A stretch of DNA of 64,000 nt from the human T2T-CHM13v2.0 reference genome, Homo sapiens. The stretch is from assembly GCF_009914755.1 (NCBI RefSeq), contig NC_060934.1, one strand, 5' to 3'. Shown here one piece after another: positions 45,929-63,269 of the stretch. Made by a program: the position numbers and the translations under genes. Every line of letters starts with the position of its first letter. Position 1 is the stretch's first letter. Under the pieces are notes generated by a model that saw only the letters and a list, made by a program, of their open reading frames with translations, was not told the origin of the DNA and did no database searches.

Positions 45929-46964
45929 TCTTTACTCCACTGTAGCTCAGGCCTCACGCTCTGTTCCTGGCCTGCCTTCCTTGTTTCTGCCCCTCCTGAC
46001 CTCTGACCACTTAACTTTCTTACATTGACGGCTTTGGTGGTCGACTCATAGATTTCAGCTCCTTCCCCAGCTCTGCAGCCAGGAGGATCACTATGTCAGT
46101 GTCCACAGGACAACCCACATCATAACCTCCTGTGTCCTTGACCATTTTCTCTCCTAAAACTCCGTGGTTAAGCAGCACAGCCCCACGGCCACGCTCTAGA
46201 GTGGTGTTCCCCAGAGCTGCTACGGCTCTATCATCCTGATCGCCACCACTCCGTGTCTGCCCTCAGCCTTGTTGACAACAACCCCTTAATTTCTTATTTT
46301 GATGCTTGTTCTCTGATGCTTTGAGAACTGCTAGTGCCTGCCCCAATCCTGGGCTTCCCTATCTAGCCAAATCCCTTCCAGCCTCCCCATGATCACTCTC
46401 CTGCTGGCATGGTTCCTTCTTTGCCTGCTGCATTCACTCTGCAGATGCAACACCTGACCGCAGCGCAGCTGCCTGCAGCCTCCGCTCCTGCAGCAGGGCT
46501 GCTGGGTCCCGTGGAGGAAACCACATTGTCGGATGAGTGGCAGCTGCTGAAAACTGAATGAAATGAAATCTCAGCCCATTCCTCAGCAGCATTCTGCTCT
46601 CTTCTGCTGTGGTCCTAGTTAGATGTTCTTTTCTCTTTTATTTCATTTATTCCAAATATTTATTATGCATTCTAAGCTAACTGCCCCATAGTCTTTGAAG
46701 AAGTACACTGGAAGTCAGTTTAGGCAGACTAACATGGTATCAAACTTATTTGTCAACAAATACCCCATATTTTGGTATGTTGGTTAAAAAACAGTTGGAA
46801 ATCTTTAATCAAAGTATTCAGCAAATTAAATGCCCCAAACAGTACATTTTGAAGTTTGTAGCAAATAGTAATTATTGAAAACAAAACTTGAAATATATTC
46901 CTACAAAAGAAAGAAAGAAAACAAATTAAATGATGAGAGCTTAAATGATGTATAAGAGTTAGTT

Positions 46965-47270
<306 letters not shown>

Positions 47271-47950
47271 GTTAGTTTTGACATTCTGTGATTGTGTCTT
47301 CTGGAAAGTGTCTTTGTGGCGCCCCTATTTTTAATTGGATAATTGTATATCTGTACAGCAATGGAAAGAGATTGAAAAGGCTGATTATTTTGCAGTATCC
47401 AAATTTGGGGAAATATTAAATCATTAATTGGAGAAGGTTTATGTTATAAAATTATTTACTTGTCAAAAGGTAGCAAAATAATCATACCTATAAAAATATT
47501 TTGAAGGCTGAACTACTTATATACTTGGATTAAAAATTTACAATTCAGAATTTGCTCATTTAGCAAGATTTGCTGTGAATATAGATATTGCAGCAGTTGT
47601 AGAGAGAGTATTTTCCAAGTTAAAAATATTATGATCAGTAGAAAAGAATCAATTGAAGAAGGTGTGGACAATTTAAAACTTAGTAATCATCAAATGCAAC
47701 TTTGAAGAAGACTGAAGACAGTTTTATGAAAAAATAAAAATAATACATGTTAAAAAATGAATTTCCCAGATACGGGTTTAGAAACATATAAATTAAAAAT
47801 TTGATTGGCCAAAACTAACTATTCTGCTTATGTTGTTTTCTGATATGTTATGTTTGTGTTGTGTTGACAACACAAAGAAGTTAAAATTTTTTTTGCTTTA
47901 ACAGAAAGTTATTTTAATCTTTGGAAAATTTCTATTTTTAAAAATAGTGA

Positions 47951-48420
<470 letters not shown>

Positions 48421-48773
48421 TAAAATTCTTTTTATAAGCCTACCAATATGATAAAAACCAATTTATCAATTCATAAATTAAAATTTTAGATATATGGTGC
48501 TAACTTCAGTGGCACTTTTTACTCTCAAGATGGACCGATGGATAATGTTACACTTGTTCTGTGATAGCCCTTCCTGTCTTTTTTCACTGTGCTCCTTATG
48601 TGGTTTTTATCATGATTTATTTTGCTCTCATTTAGTCTGTCTCTTCTGACTATGAGCTTCTTGAAAACAGGATCATTGTTTTAGTAATTTCGCATCCTTA
48701 AGGCCGAAGATGCACAATGCCTGGTACATAATAGGTTCATAATAAATTATGAAGTAAATGAATTTAGGAATCC

Positions 48774-48775
<2 letters not shown>

Positions 48776-48811
<36 letters not shown>
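48776..48811. repeat. (GT)18 microsatellite
   Basis: Direct count. Confidence 0.97.
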
Positions 48812-48813
<2 letters not shown>

Positions 48814-50000
48814 CATGGACTAATCTATAAGTACAATTTTTAAATTCAACATTATACCTTTATTTTCATCAACCCCTCCAATAACCACTTATTCAGACCC
48901 CTAGTGACTAAGCAAATGAGACTGAAAACATTTCAGGGCAACTAGACATGTTATTTTTCACTCATCATAGATGCATGAGTGCACTCTGAAAATGATGAGG
49001 TTTCATTGCATACAAATGTGACATTTAATGTCGTTAAAACATACAAATTAGGCCGTAAGGAATAGCAAAAATGAAGGACAGGGTATTTCTTGTCTTTGAG
49101 AGTAGTGATGTGTACAGACATCACTAGTATACACTTGCTACAGAGCCCAGCGGCCAGTTTGTGCTGCTTAAGACAAGTCAGAGAGGCCTGTGTGCAGGGA
49201 CCCGGTTGCAGTGGTGTTTTCTAATAGTTAGCATTTTAAGAAGCTAACATTCTTCCTGGAACAGAGGAGAACTTTGAGTTTTGTGACATTGAGAACTTTG
49301 ATGTTTTCGGTGGATGGATCAGTGATATCCAACGGCGTCTCTGTAGGGTCAGATGTGCTAAGAAAGGAGAGAAACTGTGTTGGGTCAGAGAAGGGGGTAT
49401 CTCGGAAGTAGCCACAACCAGGATATTTTCTGCTGAATTATGCCAAGTCGTTTGGAAGAACAGGCTCCAGGTATTTTAGGTTATAAGCCCTTGGTTAGGC
49501 TCCTCAAAGAAGATAACTAATTTAAAAAAAAATGTATTCCTCAATATAGTAGAAGATGATCAATTCATGGTCTAAATACTAAAAGGCATCCAAATCGTGG
49601 GACTGTTTTAACATAATTTTTAAGTGATCACTTATTTTTAAAAAATCACATCACAGTATGAATTGAACAAGTTCCTATAGCCGTGGTTGGTAAAGACAAT
49701 GTGACTGGTCAGCTTCTTGTGTAAATATATATTATACATCCCTATTTGTAATTCTTGTAATGAAAAGAAAACACTAAGAGAATATATTCAGAAGATGTTG
49801 GGAGTTTGGCCAATTTTTTTTTTTATCATGGTGCTATTTATTTAGTGTCAAGATCTTTAAACTCTAGAAACAAAGTTTACTGTATAAAACAGGCAAACAT
49901 TTATCCAGGGTGGTTCATATATAATGCTCCAACTAGAATTGGAGGAGAACAGCTGCCTCCTGAGAGTTCAACAAGGTCTGTAAGCAGATAATGTTTTTCA

Positions 50001-50465
<465 letters not shown>

Positions 50466-51304
50466 TCAGTACTGATGACTGTGCTTCTCAGGTTCAGAAG
50501 AGCCACCAGGACTCAATAATAGCTACAGTATTAAGTTGGGTCAAAGATATGCCTTCCTAAGAAGTACGACTTGCTTAGCCAGTAGGAAATTGACCCCAGC
50601 CCTTTATAAAGAGCCTGGGCTGTTCATCATCTGTTTCCAGGAATAGTTCTCCAGCTGCTGAATTATGCATATTTTTATTCAGAAAAGTCACCCTAGGCCT
50701 TCTCGCTGGTGATTCACTGTCTCCCTGTTCTCAATCATCCTGGGCTGGAGAGATTGAGAGAGAAAGGATGGCATTTTCGAGTGGAAACAAGTCATGGAAG
50801 ATGAAGGACTGGCGAGCGCCTAGAGACAGACTCTCACTTTCAGAACAGATGAGTGGGCAGTCATGGGAATTTTCGGCTCTTCGGGAAAGTTGTGCCGGAG
50901 ATTATGAGGATTAGGTGGGACTTCTCTGCCTTTTCTGCTCTGCCCTTCAAGTACATCTTACTTTGTTCCAGCACTTCCAGACTACAGCTGCCCCCTCTGC
51001 TATGGCCCAGAGAGCTGATACATTCACTGTGTAGATAAAGACACACAGTTTTCTGGATTAGAATCACAGTGGCTACAGTGAGAGCCTTGAAATGTACACC
51101 TACCAGCTGGAACAGCAGTAGTTGCAGGGGTTCATTTTCTTTCTAAGGCTCTTTGCTGCTCACTTTAGCCTGTTTGGAAGTTAACATTGTTCACACATTG
51201 ACAGTCCCATCATCTGTGCCATATACATATTTAGGAATATGCCCTGGATGAGGTTACTTTGTACGTGTTGATATGGAACGATTGCGAAGATATGATGTTA
51301 ATGA

Positions 51305-51673
<369 letters not shown>

Positions 51674-53702
51674 TAAAACAGAGTTATATAGAAACATATC
51701 TGCTTATTTGTACAGGAAGTGTCCGGAGGAATATATAGAAAACTGCTAGGCTTAATTCTCAGAGGGAAGATTGGGTGTTTGGAGTGGGAAGCAAACATTT
51801 TTTACTGTATACACTTGTACTATTTGAATTTTTTACCATATTAAAAAAGATTAAACAGGCTCTATTTGTACTTCTTCCCATGGCTTTAAGGCTTAATTAT
51901 AAAAGTCACTTCCCAGATCCATAAAAACCTTTAGTTCCCTCTAGCAGACTGGATCTTTGACTACCAACCTCAAATAGTAATTATTTTCATACCACCAATA
52001 ATTCTCACAGCAGTGAGAGTCAGTTATCAATATGACAAAAAAATTTCATTTTTCTGGCGCAATCAGAGCGTAAAATCTTCCTCTGTAGAGAGATATGATT
52101 GAGAGAAGGAGGTAGGTACAGGGATGTGTAATATACTTGAAATAGGAAGAGACCTGAAGTGGTCCACTCTCAGAACATATTCATTTTTAATATCAGCCTT
52201 CGTACTGAGCCCTTAATGACTTGGGTCTTTAATTATCTCACTGAACAATTTATGTTGATTCAGGACCAGCTATTCTCTTTGATTTATTGATACTATGCTC
52301 AGAAAAAAAAAAAAATACACAGCATGTTTTGACAAAGTGCCTTTTAACACAATGCCTCCTGCATTGTGCCCCAAAACCATGTGCCAGAAATTTTTTACAT
52401 CTGTTTTCTCCCTACTGGGTTTTACATTTGTAGTAGCTGAAAAGGTGCAGTTTGATTCCCGTTACGACTTCAATATATGATTGTGGAATCTCTGTGAGCT
52501 GACGAGCTCCTAATTTTGTTGTAATGTGAAGTGGCTGATGGATGGTGGTGATTGGCGTCTAAATTCTAACTAAATTATATTCTCACATGAGCAAATCTTG
52601 AAACCAAAGGCACATGATCAAATCATTAAACCAAAGGCATATGTACAGCTCAGAAGTGTCCAAGACAAAGGGTGGAAGGCATCACACTAGGACAGGAGGC
52701 ATCATTTGCCCCAGTGCAAACAAGAGAGCCATGACTGAAAGCAAAGCCAGATCTCTCAATTCCGGAGACAAATCAAAAAGAGGGGATGCTGAAGTTCACA
52801 GCTGTTGCAGGCTACAGTGTCAGGAATTTTCCTCCCCATTGATGAGCTCTAAGGCTGTAATAGATTGTGCTTTCTTGCCAATATACCTCCTGTTCCTTCC
52901 TCCCAAGGTTCTCAAGGTCTCAGGAACATCTTGACTCATAAGCCCAAGAACAGCATGTTTCAGTGATCGATAGTCTTTGAGTATAGCCATAAATACAACT
53001 GATTAATGATCTGTATGTCTGATGTAGGTGTTAAAGTTAGTTGAAAACAATCGCTGCCTACTAAAAATGGGCATGACACAAAACAGGAGGGAATTAAGGC
53101 GAATGAAATATCCATTTAATGCAGGCTCTGCTGACAAAGTATTTCATGTTCTGATTTGTTTAGTAAGGTTAGGCAATATCCTTGTGACATGTGTCATTAC
53201 CTTTTCCAGTCTACCCTTTAAGGACCTATTTAGTTCTTTCTCCACCTGAAGTCTCTCCTGGGTACTGGGTGAACACGTGGCTTATGGTTACACCTGTGGG
53301 GCTGGGTTGGCAAAACTCTGCTTAGTGTGAATGACTGAATCTTAGTGTCGTAGCATCTGGAACATAGTTCTGCTTTCATCCCCAAAAAACTAAATCATTT
53401 ATTGAAATATGATTAAATACAAACCAATCTAATTACTAACTTCTCTTTAGCCTCTGGAAAAAAAGGTACATATAGGAGAGAAAGATTTAAAGAATTACAA
53501 ACAGGTCAGTAGAATTTGGGGCCTTAATTTTACCAGTTTTTTTTTCTTGCCATGTTTGCAGAGAAAACTCCTTGTGAACCCTAAGATCCACAAAGGAGGT
53601 CGTGACGTTGTGCAGATCCTTCAAGGGCCTAGAATTCCTTTAATTTCCAAAACGCTGGCAGCATTAGTTTAGCCTCAGATGTCTCTAAAATGAGTTACAT
53701 TC

Positions 53703-54011
53703 TTTTATTTTTTATTTTTTATTTTTTTTGTGACAGAGTTTCGCTCTTGTCGCCCAGGCTGGAGTGCAATGGCGCGATCTCAGCTCATCGCAACCTCTGC
53801 CTGCTGGTTTCAAGAGATTCTCCTGCCTTACCCCCTGAGTAGTTGAGATTACAGGTGCCCTCCACCATGCCCGACTCATTTTTGTATTTTAGTAGAGCCA
53901 GGGTTTCACCATGTTGGTCAGGCTGATCTTGAATTCCTGACCTCAGGAGATCCACCTGCCTCGGCCTCCCAAAGTGCCGGGATTATAGGCGTGAGCCACC
54001 ACGCCCAGCCC
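53703..54011 (-). mobile_element. Alu (AluSp/Sq-like)
   Basis: Antisense dimeric Alu; TSD attcttt. Confidence 0.93.
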
Positions 54012-54524
54012 ATTCTTTCAGATTTTTGAGAAGGTGATTCAGGCTTCTGAGGGAGAAAATATTAAGTTCCCTTCTCTTCAGTCCCATAGAATGCTTAGCA
54101 GCGGGAGGATGGTGTTCTACCCATTGCCTTCCTGCTTCATACAACTTGGACTAAACTGAAAGGAAGGACATGATGCTCACTCTGTTGGGGTGACTCTCTG
54201 TTGTCTCAGGAGGTTTCCCTAAGCAACCAGCTTGGGGCACCAACTTTAGTCATTTACTCAGTTCTCTCCTCCTGCCCACCCCTGCTCTTTCAAGCAAAGC
54301 TGAAACGATATTAATTGGTTAAGTATACTCATTAACTAAACAAACTATACTCTTTAGTAACCTATTTCGCCTGTTAGTAGTTTGACCACCTGCTTCATAA
54401 AGAAGTCATGTTTCTCTCTCACCCTCGTCCCACATTTAAAATGCATTTGAACAGAAAACTCAGGTAAAAGTACCCATGAAGTGGTTTTCTCACAAGAGTA
54501 GATATTAAGAATTGGTTTGAACTT

Positions 54525-54815
54525 GCCGGGCGTGGTGGTGACACCTGTAATCCCAGCACTTTGGGAGGCCGAGGCGGGCGGATCACCTGAGGTCAGGAGT
54601 TGGAGACCAGCCTGACCAACGTGGTGAAACCCCATCTCTACTAAAAATACAAAATTAGCCAGGCCTGGTAGTGCATGCCTGTAATCCCAGCTACTCGGGA
54701 GGCTAAGGCAGGAGAATCGCTTGAACCCAGGAGGTGGAGGTTGCGTTGAGCCGAGATCATACCATTGTAGTCCAGCCTGGGCGACAGGGCGAGACTCCAC
54801 CTCAAAAAAAAAAAA
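54525..54815 (+). mobile_element. Alu (AluS-like)
   Basis: TSD aagaa(t/a)tggtttgaact. Confidence 0.94.
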
Positions 54816-55322
54816 GAAATGGTTTGAACTGAGCCTGCTATTTATAATTTAAAATGTCTTTATATTCAGCTTATTATTAAGTGGGGGGAAAATGAGGTCT
54901 ATGTTGGGTGAATTCATTTTTATGGTTCATTCTGGTTTGGAGTTCAACCTTTGATTGAAAGGTTTATACAAAGTAAACAAGACATTAACATACGGAGGGC
55001 TGTCATGTACAGAGATTGTCGGTGCTGGCAAATATTTATGTTGTTTTGTGACTTGGTGTTGACAGTAGCACTGTCCTGTGACCTGAGTACGGCCTCGTGC
55101 TCTGTGGCTGTGGCTGGTCATTTCTCTTCCATCTCCGTGTGGACCTGATAGCTTCACTCAGGCCTTGTGTTGAACGCCTGTCTCACATGACTGTAGACCT
55201 GGTGACCCAGAGAACTGCCAGAAATATGTGTAGCCACCATTTATGGAGTACTTCCTGTGCCAGCCATTGTTCCATATACTGTGTCTTGACTCATTTCATA
55301 TCTCAGTATCTATTATGGAGGT

Positions 55323-56039
55323 TGTTAATAAAAGACCATGAGATTTGTGGAGGAAGAGTCATTTTCTATAAGAAACAATCTGTAGATTGGAGAGACGCAG
55401 CCTCCAGTGTAAAACAGAAGCACAGCCTGTAGAAGGGAGGGCGAAGTTGTTATTTATGCCTTACGAGACCTGTCTTATGTACGTATTTAGTAGATTTGGG
55501 AGAAATCTGTGAATATTTATGAGGGGGGTCAAGTGCCTGTGTAGTAGATAAACATATATGTAACACACATCTCATGTTCACTTTGAGGCTGTGTTTTAGC
55601 CTCACAGTGAGGTAGAATTTGGCTCCTATGTCAAAAGATGAACTGCAGACGCACAGTTTGTGTGCAGTCTCTCTAAGCTGGCTGAAACTGGCCTAAGGTC
55701 TGTGACTGTTTATGAGGAAAGATTGTTTATAAAGCCATGAGGCCAGTCCTCTGAGTTGTTGCAGGACTGCATGGTGCGGGGGTGAGGGTCATGGGGATTG
55801 GGAGAGCTGGTGTCAGGCAGTTGGGGGCAGTTGGGAAAGTTTTCACTGTGCTTGTTTTGACGATGTTTTTTAGTAGCTGGTTTCTGTTTGATTACAGAAA
55901 AGAAAGCCTTGTGGCACTTAGTAACACGGGATACGTGACCAACCCCTCACCCTGTTATGGCCACTAGGTGTTGTTTTTCATCTGTCATTTTAGCCACAGG
56001 GAGCCCTTTCTCTCTGTTGACTGGGGGCGTCGTTTCACA
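55323..56039 (-). mobile_element. ERV1 solo LTR (MER4 group, MER39/MER34-like)
   Basis: TG...CA ends with near-TSD aggt/aagt; aacatatatgtaaca..ctcatgttcactttg..tcaaaag motifs. Confidence 0.7.
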
Positions 56040-56268
56040 AAGTCAACTCAAGTCAGAGATGACAGGTCAACACCATAGTTCCATGATGCAAACAATCACA
56101 CCTGCGTGGCTGAACCATGAATCCCTGAAACGGCAAAGAGGGTATCTGGAAACTTGCTCTTTCTTTCCCTCAACTTACTGAAGACTGACTGTAAAGGGAT
56201 GCTTGCAACTGAAGAAAGGCTGGGGTGGGTGAGCTTTCTAGAAATTGGACTGCTGCATGAAATAGTAG

Positions 56269-56718
<450 letters not shown>

Positions 56719-57239
56719 TCCTCTATATTTTAATATGCAGTATATGTGGTGCATCCCCTCTGTGAATAAAGTGAAGAGGAGGAGGGGGAGAAAGCCTTGA
56801 ATAACCAATCAACACTTACATGTAAATTTATGTGTAATTCGCGTTACATTTATGTGCATGTTATTACTTGTAAATTACATCCTATGGTATAAATGTTGAG
56901 GTGGCCAGCAACAATGAAGGCAAGTGATACTGATTCTTCTGCAGCTGTGGGACTACCTCTGACCTTCCTGTCTAGCCCACTTTGGCTTTTATGACTGACA
57001 GAGTTTAACGACCTGGCAGCTTCTGTTTTGCTCATGATTTTTTTTAAAGGTAAAATTATTTAAGCCAAATGGTTGAATTGTTTTTCTGTAGCACAAAGGG
57101 CTGTATTAAGAGCACTTGTTTGATTTCACACAGCAGGCATTGGATGGCGCCTTCATAGTTGATTTCAGCTGCAAAATTAGCCTATTGAATAATCTGGTCA
57201 TAGAATGTCACCTGCTTCTTCTGTTGTGCTATTGATGCA

Positions 57240-57820
57240 AGACAAATAAGACAAAGGAAAGAGTTCAGAAATAGATGCTCCTTCTCAGTTACACAAGAAT
57301 ACACACATATACACACTTTGGTATATGTTAGGGAAAATATTTCAGGCCAGTAGGAAAGGTAGATTGTTTAATACATAGTGCAAGTAATTTAGGGAAAACA
57401 GATGTTTATCTTGCTTTTTCATACAAAAAGATGTACCTAAGATTTAACTATAAAATAATAAAATATGAAATGTCATAACGTTGTTTATTATATGGAGTTG
57501 CAAAACCCTTTCTAAGCATGAAGTAAATTGAGAAGCCATAAACAATAATGTTGGTAACCTTGACTTCATACAAATAAAAGAAAAAACTTCTTCATAGCCA
57601 AAACAATTTAAAAATAAAGGGAAACAAGATATATGTTGCAAAAACATTTAACTGACCAAGTGTTCCTTTTTATTTTCATTAAAGTGTTCTTTACAAATCA
57701 GTAAGGAAAGTATAAGGTATTTAAGTAGGAAAGTCAGACAAAGGACATAAACAATTCCCAGGAAAGAAATTCATTGATTCTCTGACCACACAAAGATGGA
57801 GCGTCTTCTAATGTTGTAGG
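57240..57820 (+). mobile_element. Very old L1 (L1ME-like) ORF2 3' region
   Basis: A-rich, with gacttcatacaaataaaagaaaaaacttct and caaaggacataaacaattc motifs. Confidence 0.6.
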
Positions 57821-58051
57821 TAATAGGAATTAGCAGTGAATAAGGCAGGCAGGGATCCTGTTTGAAGGAGCTGTGATGGCAAATTTTATGTGAAAATGTG
57901 GCTGAGGTATGGTGCCCGCTTGTTGGGTCAAACACTAGGCTAGATGCTGCTGTGATTAACATTTCAATCAGTAGACTTTGAGTAAAGCAGATCATCCTCT
58001 ATAATGTGGGTGGGCCTAATCCTATCAGTTGAGGTCTTAAGAGCAAAGACT

Positions 58052-58612
<561 letters not shown>

Positions 58613-58763
58613 GAAACTCTGCCTGAGTTTCCAGCCTACCTGGCCCGCTCTGTTGATTTCATACACAAAACTGTAATATTTCCAGCCTGCTGGCTTATCC
58701 TAGAGGTCTTGGACTTGACAGCCCTCACAATTGTGTGAGCCAATTCCTCAAAATAAATCCTCG

Positions 58764-59959
58764 ATTCACTTGAGCTCAGGAATTGGAGGCTACGGTGAAC
58801 TAAGATTGCACCATGGCACTCTAGCATGGGGGACAGAGCAAGACCCTGTTTCTAAATATATATATAAAATATATATATAATATATATAAAAATATATATA
58901 ACATATATAAAATATATAATATATATTATATATAAAATATATAATATATATTATATACATATAATATATATAATATATATTAAATATATATAATATATAT
59001 AAAATATACATATAATATATATTATATATATAATATATAAAAAATATTATGTATAATATATATTATATAATATATAATATATATTATGCATAATATATAT
59101 TATATATTATATAATATATATTATGCATAATATATATTATATATTATATAATATATATTATATATTATATATAATATAAAATATATATTATGTATAATAT
59201 ATAATATATATTATACATAATATAAAATATATATTATGTATAATATATAATATATATTATACATAATATAAAATATATATTATATATAAAATATATAAAA
59301 TATAATATATAAAGTATATATAATATATAACATATATATGTTATATGTTATATATAAAATATAAAATATATATGTTATATATCATATATAAAATATAAAA
59401 TATATATGTTATATATCATATATAAAATATGAAATATATATGTTATATATCATATATAAAATATATATGATATATAACATAAAATATATATTATATAAAA
59501 TATATATGATATATATTATGTATAAAATATATATTATATATAAAATATATAATATATAAAAATATATCATATATAAATATATAATATATAAAATACATAT
59601 AATATATATTAAAATATAACTGTATAATTTTTCCAGAATTAAAGTTGGAAGATGTAAGATCGAAAGACTCCTAAACTGCCATAGAGGATGACACGTTTAT
59701 TTTAATCACCCAAGACAGAGAGAAAATTATGAAAGCATCCAGTCAGGGAGTAAAGGCCTACAAAGGAACAGGCATTAGATTACTGTCAGGTTTCTCAAAA
59801 GCAACACTGGATACAGAAAACACAGCGGGCAAATATTGTCAAAGTATTACAAAGAAACAAACTTTAAACCTGTAATTTTGTATTTTGCTAAACTGTCATG
59901 GATGTGTAAGTGTACAATAAAGATACACTCAGGTATAAAAAATAAGTAAGTAAATAAAT
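58764..59959 (+). mobile_element. Chimeric retroposed insert: Alu right-arm piece + AT tract + L1 ORF1 piece + A-rich tail
   Basis: 13-bp TSD aaataaatcctcg (58751-58763, 59960-59972); AATAAA 59916-59921, 15 nt before the tail. Confidence 0.75.
58853..59620. repeat. ~770-bp AT-rich low-complexity, (TA)n-derived tract
   Basis: Almost entirely A/T, with internal direct and inverted subrepeats. Confidence 0.97.
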
Positions 59960-60006
59960 AAATAAATCCTCGTTGGAGTGGACCAATTCCTTAAAATAAA
60001 TCTCTC

Positions 60007-60054
<48 letters not shown>

Positions 60055-60088
60055 CATAGGTAGATACATAGGTAGATACATAGATATA
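60007..60088. repeat. (GATA)12 tetranucleotide STR with a compound tail
   Basis: 12 perfect GATA at 60007-60054, then CATA/GGTA/GATA variants. Confidence 0.96.
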
Positions 60089-60788
60089 GGGTAGATTGAT
60101 CCTATTGGTTCTGTTTTCTGGAGTCTGGAGAACCCTAATATAGGAGCTTATATTGTAGTACAGATGATAAAGCAGGACATGATACATTAACAAGAAAAGA
60201 TCCCATTAAAGTACATGGGATGGAAGGACAGACGGAGAATGACTTGGAGTTTCTTTTAGGACTGTGGATCAGAAACGGTTCTCTGAAGAGGTGACCTTCA
60301 CGTAGAGGGCGAACATAAGTCCCCACCCCTCCAATATGGGCTGCACATTGTGACTTTCCAAAGAGCCATGTCCTGCCTCCACAGCCTCTGTCCCCAAGGC
60401 GTGCCCTTCATAGGCCAGCTCCTTGAGCTTCAGCACTACCTACTCCCAGCTCAGCTTCCTCCCTTCTCCTCCCTGGCCCTGTAGCCACCGCATTAGAACA
60501 AGCGCATGATGATGGAATAAGGTCTCACGTGGTTAAGCATTTTAAGTAAAAGTTACTATTTCACATCACGTAAAAGGGTGTGGTGCTGTAGTCACTGTGG
60601 GATGCAGTGCCGTGAAAAAGTGCCCACAGATCTCCTGAGGGTCCTTTGGGCTGTCTCCTTTTTGTTACTAATGACCGTGTTTTGGTTACCCTGGATAGAG
60701 GTGTTGAAGTCCCACCCAGCTTTTAAATTTAATGGTTCTGTGATACAATCCATGCAGAATGTAGTCAGTTAAAAAATAAAGGAATACT

Positions 60789-61173
<385 letters not shown>

Positions 61174-61246
61174 TTACCAGATTTTTCAATAATTGTCCTG
61201 GGGTGGGAAAAAACTTAAAAATCACTGCTTTAAAAGTATTTCAATT

Positions 61247-61555
<309 letters not shown>

Positions 61556-62384
61556 TTATCCCAAGACTCGGAATGCTTTCACAAATAGCCGTCTCCTTCA
61601 GTTGTATATTCATATTCATGTTCAACAGTAATTGTATTAATAGATGAAAATGTCATTCTCTAATAGCTGCCATTACTGGCGGAATTCTACCTGCAATTCT
61701 TGATGTTCTTCTTCATTGTATTTGGAAGCCTCAGAATTTTCTACTCAATAGAACAAGTAGTTCTAGTAATAAATTTCAAATTCTTGCTTTCATAGGAAAA
61801 TGGGACCTTCGAAGAAAATAGCTTATGAAGATGTGTCAGTTTTCTATAAATACACACAGTTCATGCTTAGAAACTTCTCCATCTTTGCAGTCTTCTTTAA
61901 TATTCTAGGATATTTATCTGCCTGGATCCTTTCAAAGTAGATCAGAGGGTTCCCAGCTAAGCAGTGTTTGCTGTCACACTTGTATGACTTCTCACTGAAC
62001 TTAGAAAGGAGAAAAAAATGACACTAAATTCGATATGAGTTGCCTTAAAAAAATAGCCCGGCTTAGGGGCAATCCATGGAAGGTATGGGTCAAAGTAGGG
62101 TATATTTATAATTAACAGATTTTCACCCAGAATTTAGAGGGAAATGTGGAGGCAAATTTGAGTTAAATAGTCCTAAAATCTCTCAAAATGATTCAACCTT
62201 TCATATGTCCAAGAACCAGAGCTAGAAACAGACTAGAATTTGTCTATGGATTCTCTAGGGACCAGAAAATGTTTCTCTACTTTTAACCTCCTGGCTTGTT
62301 ACTTCATTGCTAAACGTAAAGCAACAAAGATGGAGAATAGGAGACTAGATTCAACTGGAGCAGCAGCGTCGCTAAGTATTTTGA

Positions 62385-62736
<352 letters not shown>

Positions 62737-63269
62737 TGACACGGGTACTTTTCCTGCATTTCACCGAAGTTCCCGAACCTCTGCCGTCAGTCTGGATTTT
62801 GGCCGGGCGTTGCTGAGGGTCTGGAGTAGAGGCTGTGGGCTGTGTCCATTTCACAGCCATGGGGTGTGAAAGGTCAGTAGGCTTTGCGGGCAGTGGAAGG
62901 CGGCCTCCTGCAGGAAATGGCTCTTGTAATTTTCAGCAGTTAGTTACTAAATCCTATGAAGTCCATTCAGTTTACTTGGCAGGAATTGTTGGTTTGACAG
63001 GAAAGCTGTGTGGCCTTGGAATGGCTGCCATTTACTGAAATAGTGATACTGGTTGGGCCAAGTTTTCTAAAAGTAGTGACATTATAAATACTACTCCGTT
63101 GTCAGGCGTAATACAGTTTTTCAGTGTGCCTAAACTGCAGAAACATAATACTTGCCCAAGAGTTTTACATGGTGTTATTTGATGCATAAACTCATGATGT
63201 CACTTGATGCAAAATAGTTGTTCATGAAATTTAAAAATAGCCTCATCCTCAGGAATGTTTAAGACATTT

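Noticed and set aside
55958-55973. CTCF-like TGGCCACTAGGTGTTG in the LTR
   Set aside because: It lacks the conserved GGC 3' core; cannot be supported without ChIP data.
58790-59011. Ile/Tyr-rich ORF
   Set aside because: Translation of the AT tract.
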